Shown piece after piece: positions 49,416 through 58,637 of a stretch of DNA of 64,000 nucleotides (positions are counted from its first letter, which is position 1; each line of letters starts with the position of its first letter). Below the pieces are notes generated by a model, which was given only the letters and a program-made list of their open reading frames with translations, did not search any database and was not told where the DNA came from. Origin of the DNA: a virus; IMG/VR virus record IMGVR_UViG_3300006790_000001, positions 1 to 64,000 of that record; one strand, 5' to 3'. The position numbers and the translations under genes are program-made.

Positions 49416-51754
49416 CTGACGTATTTGAAACATGGGACCGAGACAGGTTCGAAGACGCCTGGGGCCCGATAGCTTCACCGACCGCCGAAGAGATCGCCGA
49501 AGCGTTCGCCTCGCAGATCTCAACAGCGGTCAAGTACTACTCGTTCCTTGAAGCCGGTGGCCAAACCGAAGGACTCTTTCGCGTCACCTGGCTCTCCCAC
49601 CCCAACTACCGACGCCCCATACCCGGACGCAGCGAACTGATGGTCGACGACGAATGGGTCGAATGGCCAGCACTGACCCGGCACTTCGTGCCTGGAGGGC
49701 TCGGCCTCCAAGGCTACGAAGAATCATCCGATCGCGTCATAGAAGTCGAGCCCCCGATCAGCGCAGCAATCACCATCACCGAAGGCGGCCGGGGCGGCAA
49801 CCCTTACCACTGTCCGCCAGGGACCGGGATCACCGCCGGTCGGTTCACAGACAAAGACGGCTCCCACTGCCACCCCCAGACGCAGCAGCTGTCAACCGAC
49901 GGCATCAGCCTGCGCGTCAACCAGTTGCTAGCGAAACGCACACGGGACGGCAACTCAAAGTTGATCGAACGCGAACTGCGAATCGCCATGGAAGTTCTCA
50001 GCGAACGATCCGAGAACAGGCCCGGCAAGAACCCAGAGAAATTAGGGGCCAGCGCCAAGATCGAGATGGAATCGCTCGGGTTCGTGATGGGAGACTCGGC
50101 GGAAGTCGAAACCGCTGGCCGGATGGAAGACCTCGGCGACGAGTTCTGGAACGATGTTCAACCCTCGACGGTGAACCTTGAAGAACTCAGCCAGCAAGGC
50201 CGCCTCGTGGTCACTGAAGACCATGTGTGGTCTAAGCCGATTTCGAAGGTCGTGTGGGGCGACGAGAAACTGAGAGGCGGATACTTCATCCTTCTCTACG
50301 AGAACAAGGACAACAATTACGTTGTTGTTGACGGCCACCATCGAGTGGCCATGCACACCTTGCTCGGGACAAAGAACGTGCCCGTCAGGATCGCTCCCGT
50401 GATCCCAGTGACGGCAGCGTTCGACACCGCTCCGTACGCAAAGGAAGTCCCCCCAGGTGACCTTGGGGTCCCTGGCTTTGCCGAAAGTTTGAAGCGCGGA
50501 TACAACCCGTACCGTTGCCCGGCGGGTACCGGTCTGAGCGCCGGGCAATTCACTGACGCTGCAGGATCGACTTGTCACCCGCAGACCAAGCTGCTGGAAA
50601 CTGATTCGATCTATGACCGGTACAACGACATTGCCCGGGCGATGTCAAATACAGACGACCCCGAACGGCTACGGGACCTCGCAGCGGAACGCTCTCTCGC
50701 TATAGACGAGCTGCGCAAACGAGGCGCTATGAAACCGGGTGACCGGGTCAGGGCCAAAGGCGAGTTCTTTACGCTGGACGAAGAAGGCTGGCCGGTCGAT
50801 CAGGACCGAGAAGGAACCATCGCTCAGATCTTCATCTCGAAAGACAACCGGCCCAGCCACGCCACTGTCTATTTCGATGACCGGACTCGCGGCGTGATGC
50901 TCCTCGACCGGATGGAGCTGGCCCCTTACAAGACGCCCGCATCCGAGCGGCACGCAGAGACTTCGCACAGTTCGCTGGAAGATGCGTTTGCTTGGAATGA
51001 ACCCAACCAGACCGCCAGCCTGGCGCTCTCGTCCTTGGGGTTGACGGAGTTCATGCCGGATGAAGAGATCGCCGCAACTTACGAGTCGGCGATCCGAGGC
51101 GCTTACGAGTCGAGCGAGATGCTGCAAGAACTGGCGTCCGAGTACGGGTACCCAGACTTCAGGTTGATGAGGAGCGACTGGAACCAGTTCTCTGAAGCTA
51201 GGGCTCTGGAGAGGAAGACTGGTCGGGTCGGCGGCGTGACCACGTTCTTGAGCGCCGGGGCAAACATGGACCCGTACCCGGATTACGCCCCGTTTGTCGC
51301 TCTTCACCGGAACGTTTTCGTGGGATTCCAAGCAGAAGAGGGTTGGGACAATCCGACTGAGGCGTGGCCCCTGGAGAGGGCTTCGGACGCCGGGCTTCCG
51401 CGACAGCTACGAGATCCCGACAGGTTCGATTCGACAATTGTTGACCCGTCGATCACCGGGACCGTGGTGCATGAGTTGGCGCACTATTACGAGCGGCGGA
51501 TAGCTGAAACAAAGCCGAGACCGGTCCCTGAATCCCGGTTGCAAGACAATCCTGAACTCCAGAGCTGGATGGACAGAGGTCGTCGGGCAATCAGCAACGA
51601 CGTGTCGCCTTATGCTTCCGAGTCGGCCACTGAGCTGGTCGCTGAGTTGTTCACAGCGATGACTCACGAAGACTTTGATCAGGAAGAGTGGCGAAAGAAC
51701 GGCCCGGTGGGGATCTCTAAGATCTTCGACAAGGTGAGGGAGTACTACTCATGA
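49412..51754 (+). CDS. large virion-associated effector candidate with a ParB-like nuclease domain and an HExxH metallopeptidase motif
   Basis: 780 aa with two Cys-modules (49796-49891 and 50501-50596). YVVVDGHHRVAMHTLLGTKNVPV is the ParB/Srx signature (DGHHR at 50330-50344). VHELAHY gives HELAH at 51470-51484. Confidence 0.6.
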   Translation: MTDVFETWDRDRFEDAWGPIASPTAEEIAEAFASQISTAVKYYSFLEAGGQTEGLFRVTWLSHPNYRRPIPGRSELMVDDEWVEWPALTRHFVPGGLGLQGYEESSDRVIEVEPPISAAITITEGGRGGNPYHCPPGTGITAGRFTDKDGSHCHPQTQQLSTDGISLRVNQLLAKRTRDGNSKLIERELRIAMEVLSERSENRPGKNPEKLGASAKIEMESLGFVMGDSAEVETAGRMEDLGDEFWNDVQPSTVNLEELSQQGRLVVTEDHVWSKPISKVVWGDEKLRGGYFILLYENKDNNYVVVDGHHRVAMHTLLGTKNVPVRIAPVIPVTAAFDTAPYAKEVPPGDLGVPGFAESLKRGYNPYRCPAGTGLSAGQFTDAAGSTCHPQTKLLETDSIYDRYNDIARAMSNTDDPERLRDLAAERSLAIDELRKRGAMKPGDRVRAKGEFFTLDEEGWPVDQDREGTIAQIFISKDNRPSHATVYFDDRTRGVMLLDRMELAPYKTPASERHAETSHSSLEDAFAWNEPNQTASLALSSLGLTEFMPDEEIAATYESAIRGAYESSEMLQELASEYGYPDFRLMRSDWNQFSEARALERKTGRVGGVTTFLSAGANMDPYPDYAPFVALHRNVFVGFQAEEGWDNPTEAWPLERASDAGLPRQLRDPDRFDSTIVDPSITGTVVHELAHYYERRIAETKPRPVPESRLQDNPELQSWMDRGRRAISNDVSPYASESATELVAELFTAMTHEDFDQEEWRKNGPVGISKIFDKVREYYS

Positions 51755-53649
51755 CGGTCCCGGTCGGCGGCGACAAGATCTATATCAAGCCAAGCGACTT
51801 TGAGTTCTCTGGCCATGCGAGTGTTCCTGATCTGATTCAGTTCGACGCAGAAGAGCAGGCCAAGGTCGATGCTTGGTTGTTGTCTCAGGTGGCTCGGACT
51901 GCTGCGGTCGTGGTGTCTGAGGGGGGCAGTGGCAATCCTTATCATTGTCCTGCCGGAACCGGTCTCACATCGGGGCGGTTCACAGACAGCATTGGTTCTT
52001 CGTGTAACCCGATGGTGAACCAGCTTTCAAGCAAGGGTCTTGAGTCCCGCATGTCTCAGTTGCAGAAGGCGCTGAAGGCTGATGGAGTGAGCAATGAGCG
52101 GCGAGCCAGGCTGGAAGAAGAGATGCGTCTGGTCGAGGTCGAGGCTGCTCGCCGGGCTGACCCGAACCAACCCGAAGGCATGGGTATCTCGGTGGAGCCG
52201 AACGAGGTTCCGATCGCCACTGTCGGGACCCGACTGCCGGACAGCAGCGCCAAGTCGAAGGAGGCTCAGAATCTTCCCCGGAGCCTCGACCCCGGCCTCA
52301 TCATCGACTTCGAAGACGAGAAGACCAGGGCGCTGCTGGAGAAGTGGTTCGGTCAGTACGCACAGTCGGTCCCCGGCCTTCAAGGCATGGGCTTCGATGA
52401 GGCGATGAAGTTCTACGAGGACAACTTGGTCGCAGTGTTTGAGTCCGGCCTCGACCGGTACATGATGGCCGAGATGATCGACGGTGCGCCCCACACGCCG
52501 TTGGCAACCCTCGATGAGGCGCTCGACCGGATCGGCGTGGACAGCATGTGGTACCCGGCCGCTCACAACTACGCCCGGGACCTGGCGCTCGACTTCGACG
52601 TCCCGCCAGCTGTAGCGGTCCAAGCCATTGCAGTGCTCAGCCCGACCTCGGACTGGGACACCAACGTGGTAAACGCCGAGCGCACCCTCCGGGCGATCAC
52701 GGAGGACTGGGCAATCACTGACGCCGATGCCGAGCTGGTCAACGTCGAACTGGGCTATGCGGCCGTGGAGGAAGGGATGCGCCTCTCCGAGATGGACGCG
52801 ATGGTCGCTGGCCGGTCGATCGCTTCGATGTTCCGGGGCCGGGTCGAGACCGACAAGGGGGTCGTGCTCCGAGAGCGGACAGGGAGCCGGTACCAAGATG
52901 AGCACGCTCTCGTTGACTCGATGGTCGTGCTCCCGGGTGGGGACTACAAGTTCGTGGAGCGGTTGACGAACAAGGGTGAGCAGATGTTCGCTGCCTCGAA
53001 ATCGTCACGGGAGTACGAGTCCGTTGTCCGCACGATGCGGGTGGTCCAGGACGAGGACGCGACCCCTGAAGACATGTTGACCGAGATCAGCCGCGGGCTC
53101 GGCCTCGGCCACAAGGTTCGAACCTTCTACCGGAACATCGCCGACCCCTGGACCATGACCGATCAGACCGTGACCATCGACTCGCACAGTTTCAGTTCCG
53201 GGCTCGGCTACGGGATCGGGTCCGGCACCGAGATCCTGCGGCCCGAAGCGTTGGGGGGCATGGTCGGCCCGCAGCGGGATCGGGTTCCGGGCGATGAGAA
53301 GGTGAACATGTACAAGAGCCTCGGGCAGTTCGGGACCAACGTCAACGGGTTCCAGTCGACCTACGGTATGATGCAGGAGGCCATGGTCCGAGCGACGGAT
53401 CGCATCAACGAGCAGTACGGCACCGAGTTCCGACCGAGTCAGATGCAGTCCATGACCTGGGTCGAGCACCGACGCCGATGGCCATCCGATGCTAGGAGCG
53501 AGGCGTCCACCGCCGAGATGGCGGCGCTCATGTTTGAGTGGGAGCAGTCCGGCCACGACCCCGAGGTGGGGGAACGGGTCTGGGCCGAGATCGATGAGAT
53601 TCGCTTGCGCGACATAGCAGCTATGGAGGAGCGTGCCAATGCCAACTGA
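51751..53649 (+). CDS. large virion-associated protein of unknown function carrying the Cys-module
   Basis: 632 aa. The Cys-module at 51931-52026 is followed by a coiled coil. The remainder is unrecognised. ATGA-coupled to the upstream ORF. Confidence 0.5.
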   Translation: MTVPVGGDKIYIKPSDFEFSGHASVPDLIQFDAEEQAKVDAWLLSQVARTAAVVVSEGGSGNPYHCPAGTGLTSGRFTDSIGSSCNPMVNQLSSKGLESRMSQLQKALKADGVSNERRARLEEEMRLVEVEAARRADPNQPEGMGISVEPNEVPIATVGTRLPDSSAKSKEAQNLPRSLDPGLIIDFEDEKTRALLEKWFGQYAQSVPGLQGMGFDEAMKFYEDNLVAVFESGLDRYMMAEMIDGAPHTPLATLDEALDRIGVDSMWYPAAHNYARDLALDFDVPPAVAVQAIAVLSPTSDWDTNVVNAERTLRAITEDWAITDADAELVNVELGYAAVEEGMRLSEMDAMVAGRSIASMFRGRVETDKGVVLRERTGSRYQDEHALVDSMVVLPGGDYKFVERLTNKGEQMFAASKSSREYESVVRTMRVVQDEDATPEDMLTEISRGLGLGHKVRTFYRNIADPWTMTDQTVTIDSHSFSSGLGYGIGSGTEILRPEALGGMVGPQRDRVPGDEKVNMYKSLGQFGTNVNGFQSTYGMMQEAMVRATDRINEQYGTEFRPSQMQSMTWVEHRRRWPSDARSEASTAEMAALMFEWEQSGHDPEVGERVWAEIDEIRLRDIAAMEERANAN

Positions 53650-53965
53650 TGGGGTCCGAGAAGGACGACGAGAAGGACGTCAGCGGGAACAAGTCCCGAT
53701 CGAGACGGTCGGCCAGGTCGTCCCGACCTCGGAGACGAGCGGGGTCGACCTTGAATTCGCCGCTGTTGATGAGATGATCGCCCGAGGTGAGACGTGGGAA
53801 GACGACCGTCTGAAGTTCGGCCGGTACTACTCTGAACCGGAAGCCGAGACCGAGGGGACCGAGGTCGAAGAGCCGAGGCTGAAGGAGGCCGAAGATGAAG
53901 CTGGCACCGATCAAACCGCCGAAGAAATGGTTTCTGGAGAAGCCGAAGGATCTGAAGCCGAATAG
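53633..53965 (+). CDS. acidic hypothetical protein (110 aa), possible scaffold-like protein
   Basis: Track ORF. It overlaps the upstream gene by 17 nt and the protease gene by 71 nt, so it is doubtful. Confidence 0.25.
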   Translation: MPMPTDGVREGRREGRQREQVPIETVGQVVPTSETSGVDLEFAAVDEMIARGETWEDDRLKFGRYYSEPEAETEGTEVEEPRLKEAEDEAGTDQTAEEMVSGEAEGSEAE

Positions 53966-54956
53966 CGCCAAGTACATCGGCTCCGAGGCGACCGGTGACC
54001 AGGGGCGGATCGCCGCTTACTACTTCACCTGGGACCAGTGCCTGGAAGAGGGCAACGGTTCTTGCTGGAAGCCAGAGAAGTCTCAGAACGATTACCAGAT
54101 GTTTCATCAGGGGACGGTCGAGACAGCTGAGGGCGAGGTGCTTTCGGTCGGCACTGTTGGCGCTGGCGGGGGTCATGCCCCGTTCACGTTGGACGCCAAG
54201 ACCGCTGCAGCGGTCTACGCCAACACCGACAACCAGCGGTTCATCGCTCGGCTCTACGAGGACGAGGTCGGCGGCTACTTGCTAGGGGCTTTCGTCCCTG
54301 AAGTCACCGAGGAGCAGGTTGCTGAGGTTCGGCGTTCGCCGCTGTCGGCCGATTTCCGGTGGCGTAAGAAGGCTCCGCGATCCAGCGGTGGCCACTTCAC
54401 CGGATACGACAACATCGGGCCGTGGCTGGTGACTCGGCCGGGCTTTCCTCTCGCCCGGGCCGCTTCACTGGCCACGGCTCTAGAACAGCATGAGCCGATG
54501 ACGACGGCCCCGCTCGGCGACGAGCCGTGCTGCGAGGGGTGCGCCACCAAGACGGCTGCCGTACATTCGAATCAGGATTCCAGCGGGCCCGGCTCGCTCC
54601 CTGGCGGGCTCCAGGTTGGTGCTCAGCTCCCGACGGGCGAACCTTTCCAGGGGTTCGAAGACGGACCGGTCGGCCCGCAGATGGAAGCCATGGGTCTGAC
54701 CCCTGGCGGCGGGCAGCCTGAAGCGGCGGCGGGCCCGGACCCGGCTCACGAAGCCCAGATGCAGCAGATGCAAGCAGACATCCGCACCCTTATGAAGCGT
54801 GTTGATGAACTCGAAGGGCTGATGACCGGTCAGATTCTGACCAGTGCTGAAGCACCTGATCTGATCCTTAACGAGGAATCAATGATGCAGGTCGAAGAAT
54901 TCGATGACGCCATGTTCGGCGGTTACCACGTTTACGAGGACGCATCTGCTCGATGA
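53895..54956 (+). CDS. capsid maturation protease
   Basis: N-terminus ..PPKKWF....GRIAAYYFTWDQC......CWKPEKSQNDYQMFHQGTVETAEGEVLSVGTV..GGGHA resembles the actinobacteriophage prohead protease signature from memory (pP..WF...GrvfGH.A.W..CH....C..PP.S...Y..FH.G.v.t.dG....vG). Located upstream of the capsid gene. Confidence 0.6.
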   Translation: MKLAPIKPPKKWFLEKPKDLKPNSAKYIGSEATGDQGRIAAYYFTWDQCLEEGNGSCWKPEKSQNDYQMFHQGTVETAEGEVLSVGTVGAGGGHAPFTLDAKTAAAVYANTDNQRFIARLYEDEVGGYLLGAFVPEVTEEQVAEVRRSPLSADFRWRKKAPRSSGGHFTGYDNIGPWLVTRPGFPLARAASLATALEQHEPMTTAPLGDEPCCEGCATKTAAVHSNQDSSGPGSLPGGLQVGAQLPTGEPFQGFEDGPVGPQMEAMGLTPGGGQPEAAAGPDPAHEAQMQQMQADIRTLMKRVDELEGLMTGQILTSAEAPDLILNEESMMQVEEFDDAMFGGYHVYEDASAR

Positions 54957-55066
54957 GCCATCAGGTCGAGATAACTGAAGTCGAGTACATGCAGGTTGGG
55001 GACGCCTTCTGGTACGGCAAGGAATTGTTCACAATTCAAAGAATTCTTCCTCCGCAACCGGGTTGA
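54953..55066 (+). CDS. possible micro-ORF (37 aa)
   Basis: Hand translation: MSHQVEITEVEYMQVGDAFWYGKELFTIQRILPPQPG. Its ATG lies in an ATGA overlap with the protease stop. No other support. Confidence 0.2.
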   Translation: MSHQVEITEVEYMQVGDAFWYGKELFTIQRILPPQPG

Positions 55067-55311
55067 CTTCGGAACCTGATTACGTTCGACGTGATCGAAC
55101 GTCCGCGACATGTGAGCTTCTCCAAGAAGGCAAGAGTCGCTAAAGCGTTGGATGCTTGAAACAACGTTTAGTTAATGGTTACCCTTCTGGGTAATCGCCA
55201 CCTCGCTCCTTGCGGACAGGGGTCGTTAGACCAAGGGTCTGCGACCAGGCTCACAGAGCAATAAAGTTCCGTTAACGGAACTATTTAAACCTGAATCGCG
55301 AGGAGCGAACA

Positions 55312-57081
55312 ATGGAGAAGTGGGAAGAGCTGCTCCCCGAAGGGTGGCGGCAGATGGACGGGGACGGCGTTAAGTCGCTGTTCCTTGGTCTCAAGGAGAA
55401 GCACCTTGACCTCCAGAAGAAGGCGACGACCTTCGAAGAGGCCATGGTCGTGCGTCAGCACATGCAGGCGATGCAGGGCATCAATGAGCACCTGACTGAG
55501 CAGCGCGAGAAGATCGCTGAGTACCAGGCGGCTACGACTGAAGAAGCCCCCAGCTTCATCGATGACGTGGTTGAGGAAGAAGCTCAGCCGACTGAAGAGC
55601 CTGTGACTGAGGCTGCTGGCGACGGCGACGATGGCGGCATCGAGCCGCCCGCTGCACCTGAGGCTTCCGACGACTTTGAGCCCGAGAACGAGCTGGCCGA
55701 GCTTCTGGCTAAGGCCGCATCGCTCGGTCTCGTTGTCAAGACCGAAGGCGGCGACGTCGTGGCCGACGACGGCGAGGTTAGCCATGAGCTGCATCGCGAC
55801 GGGTTCCGCGCTCCGAGCAAGGACGGCATCGGTTCGCAGCTGACCGACGAGCAGTTCTTCAAGCGTTGGGCGGATCAGATGAGCAGCGATGCTCCTGGTC
55901 GTCACACCATCGCCACGATCAACAAGTTCGACCCGGAGACCACCCTCTCCGATGGTCGCGCTCTCGGCGGCGGCGGTCCTGAGTTCAACACCAAGCTGAT
56001 CCACGACACGCCTGAGCCCTACATCGAGGGCATGGCGTCGGCAGACGGCTACGACGTGGCCCCGGACCCGAAGCTCGCTTCGTTCTGCGGCCCGTTTGAG
56101 ACGATCTACGCCATCCCGGACTGCGTCACTGACGAGCGCAAGGTTCGGTCGCTGTTCCGTCGCATCCCGGCTCGCCGAGGCAACGTGGAGTTCTTCCGCT
56201 CGCTCGGCCTGACCGACGTGTCGGCTCTCAGCGGCATCGCCGAAACTTGGAGCGACGTCGACCAGGGCAACATTGTCGAAGGCGATTTCTCCACCTACAA
56301 GGCTTGCGCCCAGGTGGCTTGCATCAGCGTCGACACCACTGCGCTGGAGCGGCTCTACAGCTGCATCCAGGTAGAGATTCTGCTCGACTACGGTTCGCCC
56401 GAGATCGTGCAGATGTACATGAATCTCATCAGCGCAGCGCACGCTCGTGCCGCTGAAGAGCTTCTACTCTGCCGGATTCGCGAAGAGTCTGTTGCGTACC
56501 AGTGGACGGGCAACTACGGCTCGACTCCGGCGCTCGCTGCTGGCCTCATTCATCTTGTGGCTGTCAGCCAGTTCCGTGGTCGCCTTACCCGTGGCCGCTA
56601 CATCGCTCTGGTCCCGCAGGGTCTTCTCCAGAAGATGGACGCTGTGGATCGTGGCGCTACCGGCGAGATGGGTCAGCCCGATCTTCGGGAGCTGCTCGGT
56701 CGTGCTGGCATTGGCCTCGATGAGCTGATCGATGCTTGCGATCCGGCCAACTCGATGCCTGCTGCGTACACCAGTGCGCTCCCGGCCGTTGGTTACCCGG
56801 GCGTCGGCGTCGCTCCGACTCTTGCGGCGACCGCTGTTTACGGTGCCGAGACTTACCCGGTTCACCTGATCACGCCTTCGGACGGTTTCTACTTTGAGCT
56901 TCCGGCCATCGACACCGGCTTGGTGTCGTCGCCGGAACTGGCACGGCAGAACAGCCGCCAGATGTTCATGGAGACGTTTGAGGGCCTGGACAAGAACGGT
57001 TGCAGCCCTTGGTTCTACGTCGAGGCCACTGTGTGCCACGACAGCGACCGGGCTGGCTTCAACACCGTTAACTGCACCTGA
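55312..57081 (+). CDS. major capsid protein (HK97-fold type) with a long acidic N-terminal extension
   Basis: 589 aa. GAGGAGCGAACAATG provides the RBS. The first ~190 aa are coiled-coil and acidic (scaffold/delta-domain-like). The remainder (..ASFCGPFETIYAIPDC..RKVRSLFRRIPARRGNVEFF..) looks like actinophage capsid proteins. Located downstream of the protease. Confidence 0.7.
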   Translation: MEKWEELLPEGWRQMDGDGVKSLFLGLKEKHLDLQKKATTFEEAMVVRQHMQAMQGINEHLTEQREKIAEYQAATTEEAPSFIDDVVEEEAQPTEEPVTEAAGDGDDGGIEPPAAPEASDDFEPENELAELLAKAASLGLVVKTEGGDVVADDGEVSHELHRDGFRAPSKDGIGSQLTDEQFFKRWADQMSSDAPGRHTIATINKFDPETTLSDGRALGGGGPEFNTKLIHDTPEPYIEGMASADGYDVAPDPKLASFCGPFETIYAIPDCVTDERKVRSLFRRIPARRGNVEFFRSLGLTDVSALSGIAETWSDVDQGNIVEGDFSTYKACAQVACISVDTTALERLYSCIQVEILLDYGSPEIVQMYMNLISAAHARAAEELLLCRIREESVAYQWTGNYGSTPALAAGLIHLVAVSQFRGRLTRGRYIALVPQGLLQKMDAVDRGATGEMGQPDLRELLGRAGIGLDELIDACDPANSMPAAYTSALPAVGYPGVGVAPTLAATAVYGAETYPVHLITPSDGFYFELPAIDTGLVSSPELARQNSRQMFMETFEGLDKNGCSPWFYVEATVCHDSDRAGFNTVNCT

Positions 57082-57150
57082 GACCAGATTCGGAGGGGGC
57101 TGCCCAGTCGTTGGGTTCTGGGCAGCCCCCTTTGAGCAGGAGGACTGAAT

Positions 57151-58113
57151 ATGGGCACCTTTCGGGGACCGGAGAACATTTCGGCCGGGATCAGCACTTG
57201 GACTTCGGGTGCCCGTGCTGGGATTCCGACGTTGGCCACAGCTGTCAACCAGCGGTGGAACGGGGTCGGAGGCGTCAAGTTCACGCCGGACGGTCCTCTG
57301 ACCGCTTTCGGGTGGCCGTCTCTTAGGGATTCGTCTCTTGACCCGGCTCCCCAGAAAGCTCTTCAAGGCGAACAGGATGAGGTCTATTTCTCAAGCATCG
57401 GCATCTACTCGTCGGTTCGTTCTGAGAACGGTTGGCATCCTGAGATTCCTGACTGGCAGGAACGTGCGGCGCGTGCGCTTCGGAACAGTTGGCGGTTCAC
57501 GCTTTGCGAAGAAGTCATGGACGGCGTTTGGTCGGACTTGGCTGGCGCTGAAGACAATGTGGCAGTTTCGGTCAATGGGGCGACCCCGAAGATTTCGAAC
57601 CTGGCAAACGGGAACACGATCCGGGCACGCGCAACGACGCTGCCGGGCGCTGTATCGCTGAAGAAGGGCATTGAGGCTCTGATCCGCGAATGGCGGCGAG
57701 GTTCGATTGTTGACTATTCGGACCCTGAGGGTGCTGCTCGTGGCGCTCGTCAGGCTGTCACGCCGGTCATCCACGTTCCTGATCACGCTCTCAATTATTT
57801 GCCCGAGCATGGCAGCTACGTTCGCGGTCGAGAGATTTGGACGAACCATGGGACCGCTCTGATCGCTCCGGGCCCCGGTTACTCGGGGAACCCTCCTGGT
57901 ACGGCCGCTCCAACGGATATGCCTGCAGGGAATTTCTGGATCTATGTGACTGGACCGTTGGCGTTTGATGTGTCGACTCTTCCGGCTTTCGATGACTTCG
58001 CTGAAGAGTTTGACGAGCGGACGAATACGCAGACGCCGATCAGTGAGATGAACGCTATTGCCATATTCGATCCGACGGTCGTCTACGGTATCGAAGTAGT
58101 GCAGGAGAGCTGA
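57151..58113 (+). CDS. hypothetical head-associated structural protein (320 aa)
   Basis: Track ORF immediately after the capsid gene, preceded by GCAGGAGGA. Confidence 0.5.
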   Translation: MGTFRGPENISAGISTWTSGARAGIPTLATAVNQRWNGVGGVKFTPDGPLTAFGWPSLRDSSLDPAPQKALQGEQDEVYFSSIGIYSSVRSENGWHPEIPDWQERAARALRNSWRFTLCEEVMDGVWSDLAGAEDNVAVSVNGATPKISNLANGNTIRARATTLPGAVSLKKGIEALIREWRRGSIVDYSDPEGAARGARQAVTPVIHVPDHALNYLPEHGSYVRGREIWTNHGTALIAPGPGYSGNPPGTAAPTDMPAGNFWIYVTGPLAFDVSTLPAFDDFAEEFDERTNTQTPISEMNAIAIFDPTVVYGIEVVQES

Positions 58114-58628
58114 TGGCTTACACTCAGGCGACCCCAATTAACTGGCTCTCCAACAATATGCTTGTTCAGCAGTTGTCGACTAATGGCGACGGGACTGGAA
58201 CTGTTGAGGCCATCGGCGATTATTCAGTAGCGGCTGAAGAGTTCTATATCGAGGCGACTAGGCACTGCCATCTTGAACAGCTGACTATCAAGATCGAGGA
58301 CGTTGGCTCTTTCGATTCTGGTTTCTATGGCAACAATGTCACGTTGACTAACGGCATTGTCGTCGAAAAGCGGAACGCAGCCGACGTTGTTCAGTTCAAT
58401 TTGACGCCCTTTCCGATTATGAAGACGGCCGACTGGGCGGCATATTGCTACGACTTGACGCTGTTCTCTTGGGGGGCTGGCAACGAGACGGCTGCAGCGC
58501 GTTGGCAATTCTCTTCGTTTGTGAAGGACGGCGTGCAGCTGTCTGCTGGAGAGAAGTTTGTTGTTAGGTTCAACGATGACTTCTCGGGTCTTGTCCGTCA
58601 TGAGTTCTTGATTGAAGGCAATTACTAG
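58113..58628 (+). CDS. hypothetical structural protein (171 aa)
   Basis: Track ORF, coupled to the upstream gene (TGATG). Confidence 0.5.
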   Translation: MAYTQATPINWLSNNMLVQQLSTNGDGTGTVEAIGDYSVAAEEFYIEATRHCHLEQLTIKIEDVGSFDSGFYGNNVTLTNGIVVEKRNAADVVQFNLTPFPIMKTADWAAYCYDLTLFSWGAGNETAAARWQFSSFVKDGVQLSAGEKFVVRFNDDFSGLVRHEFLIEGNY

Positions 58629-58637
58629 GAGATCTAA

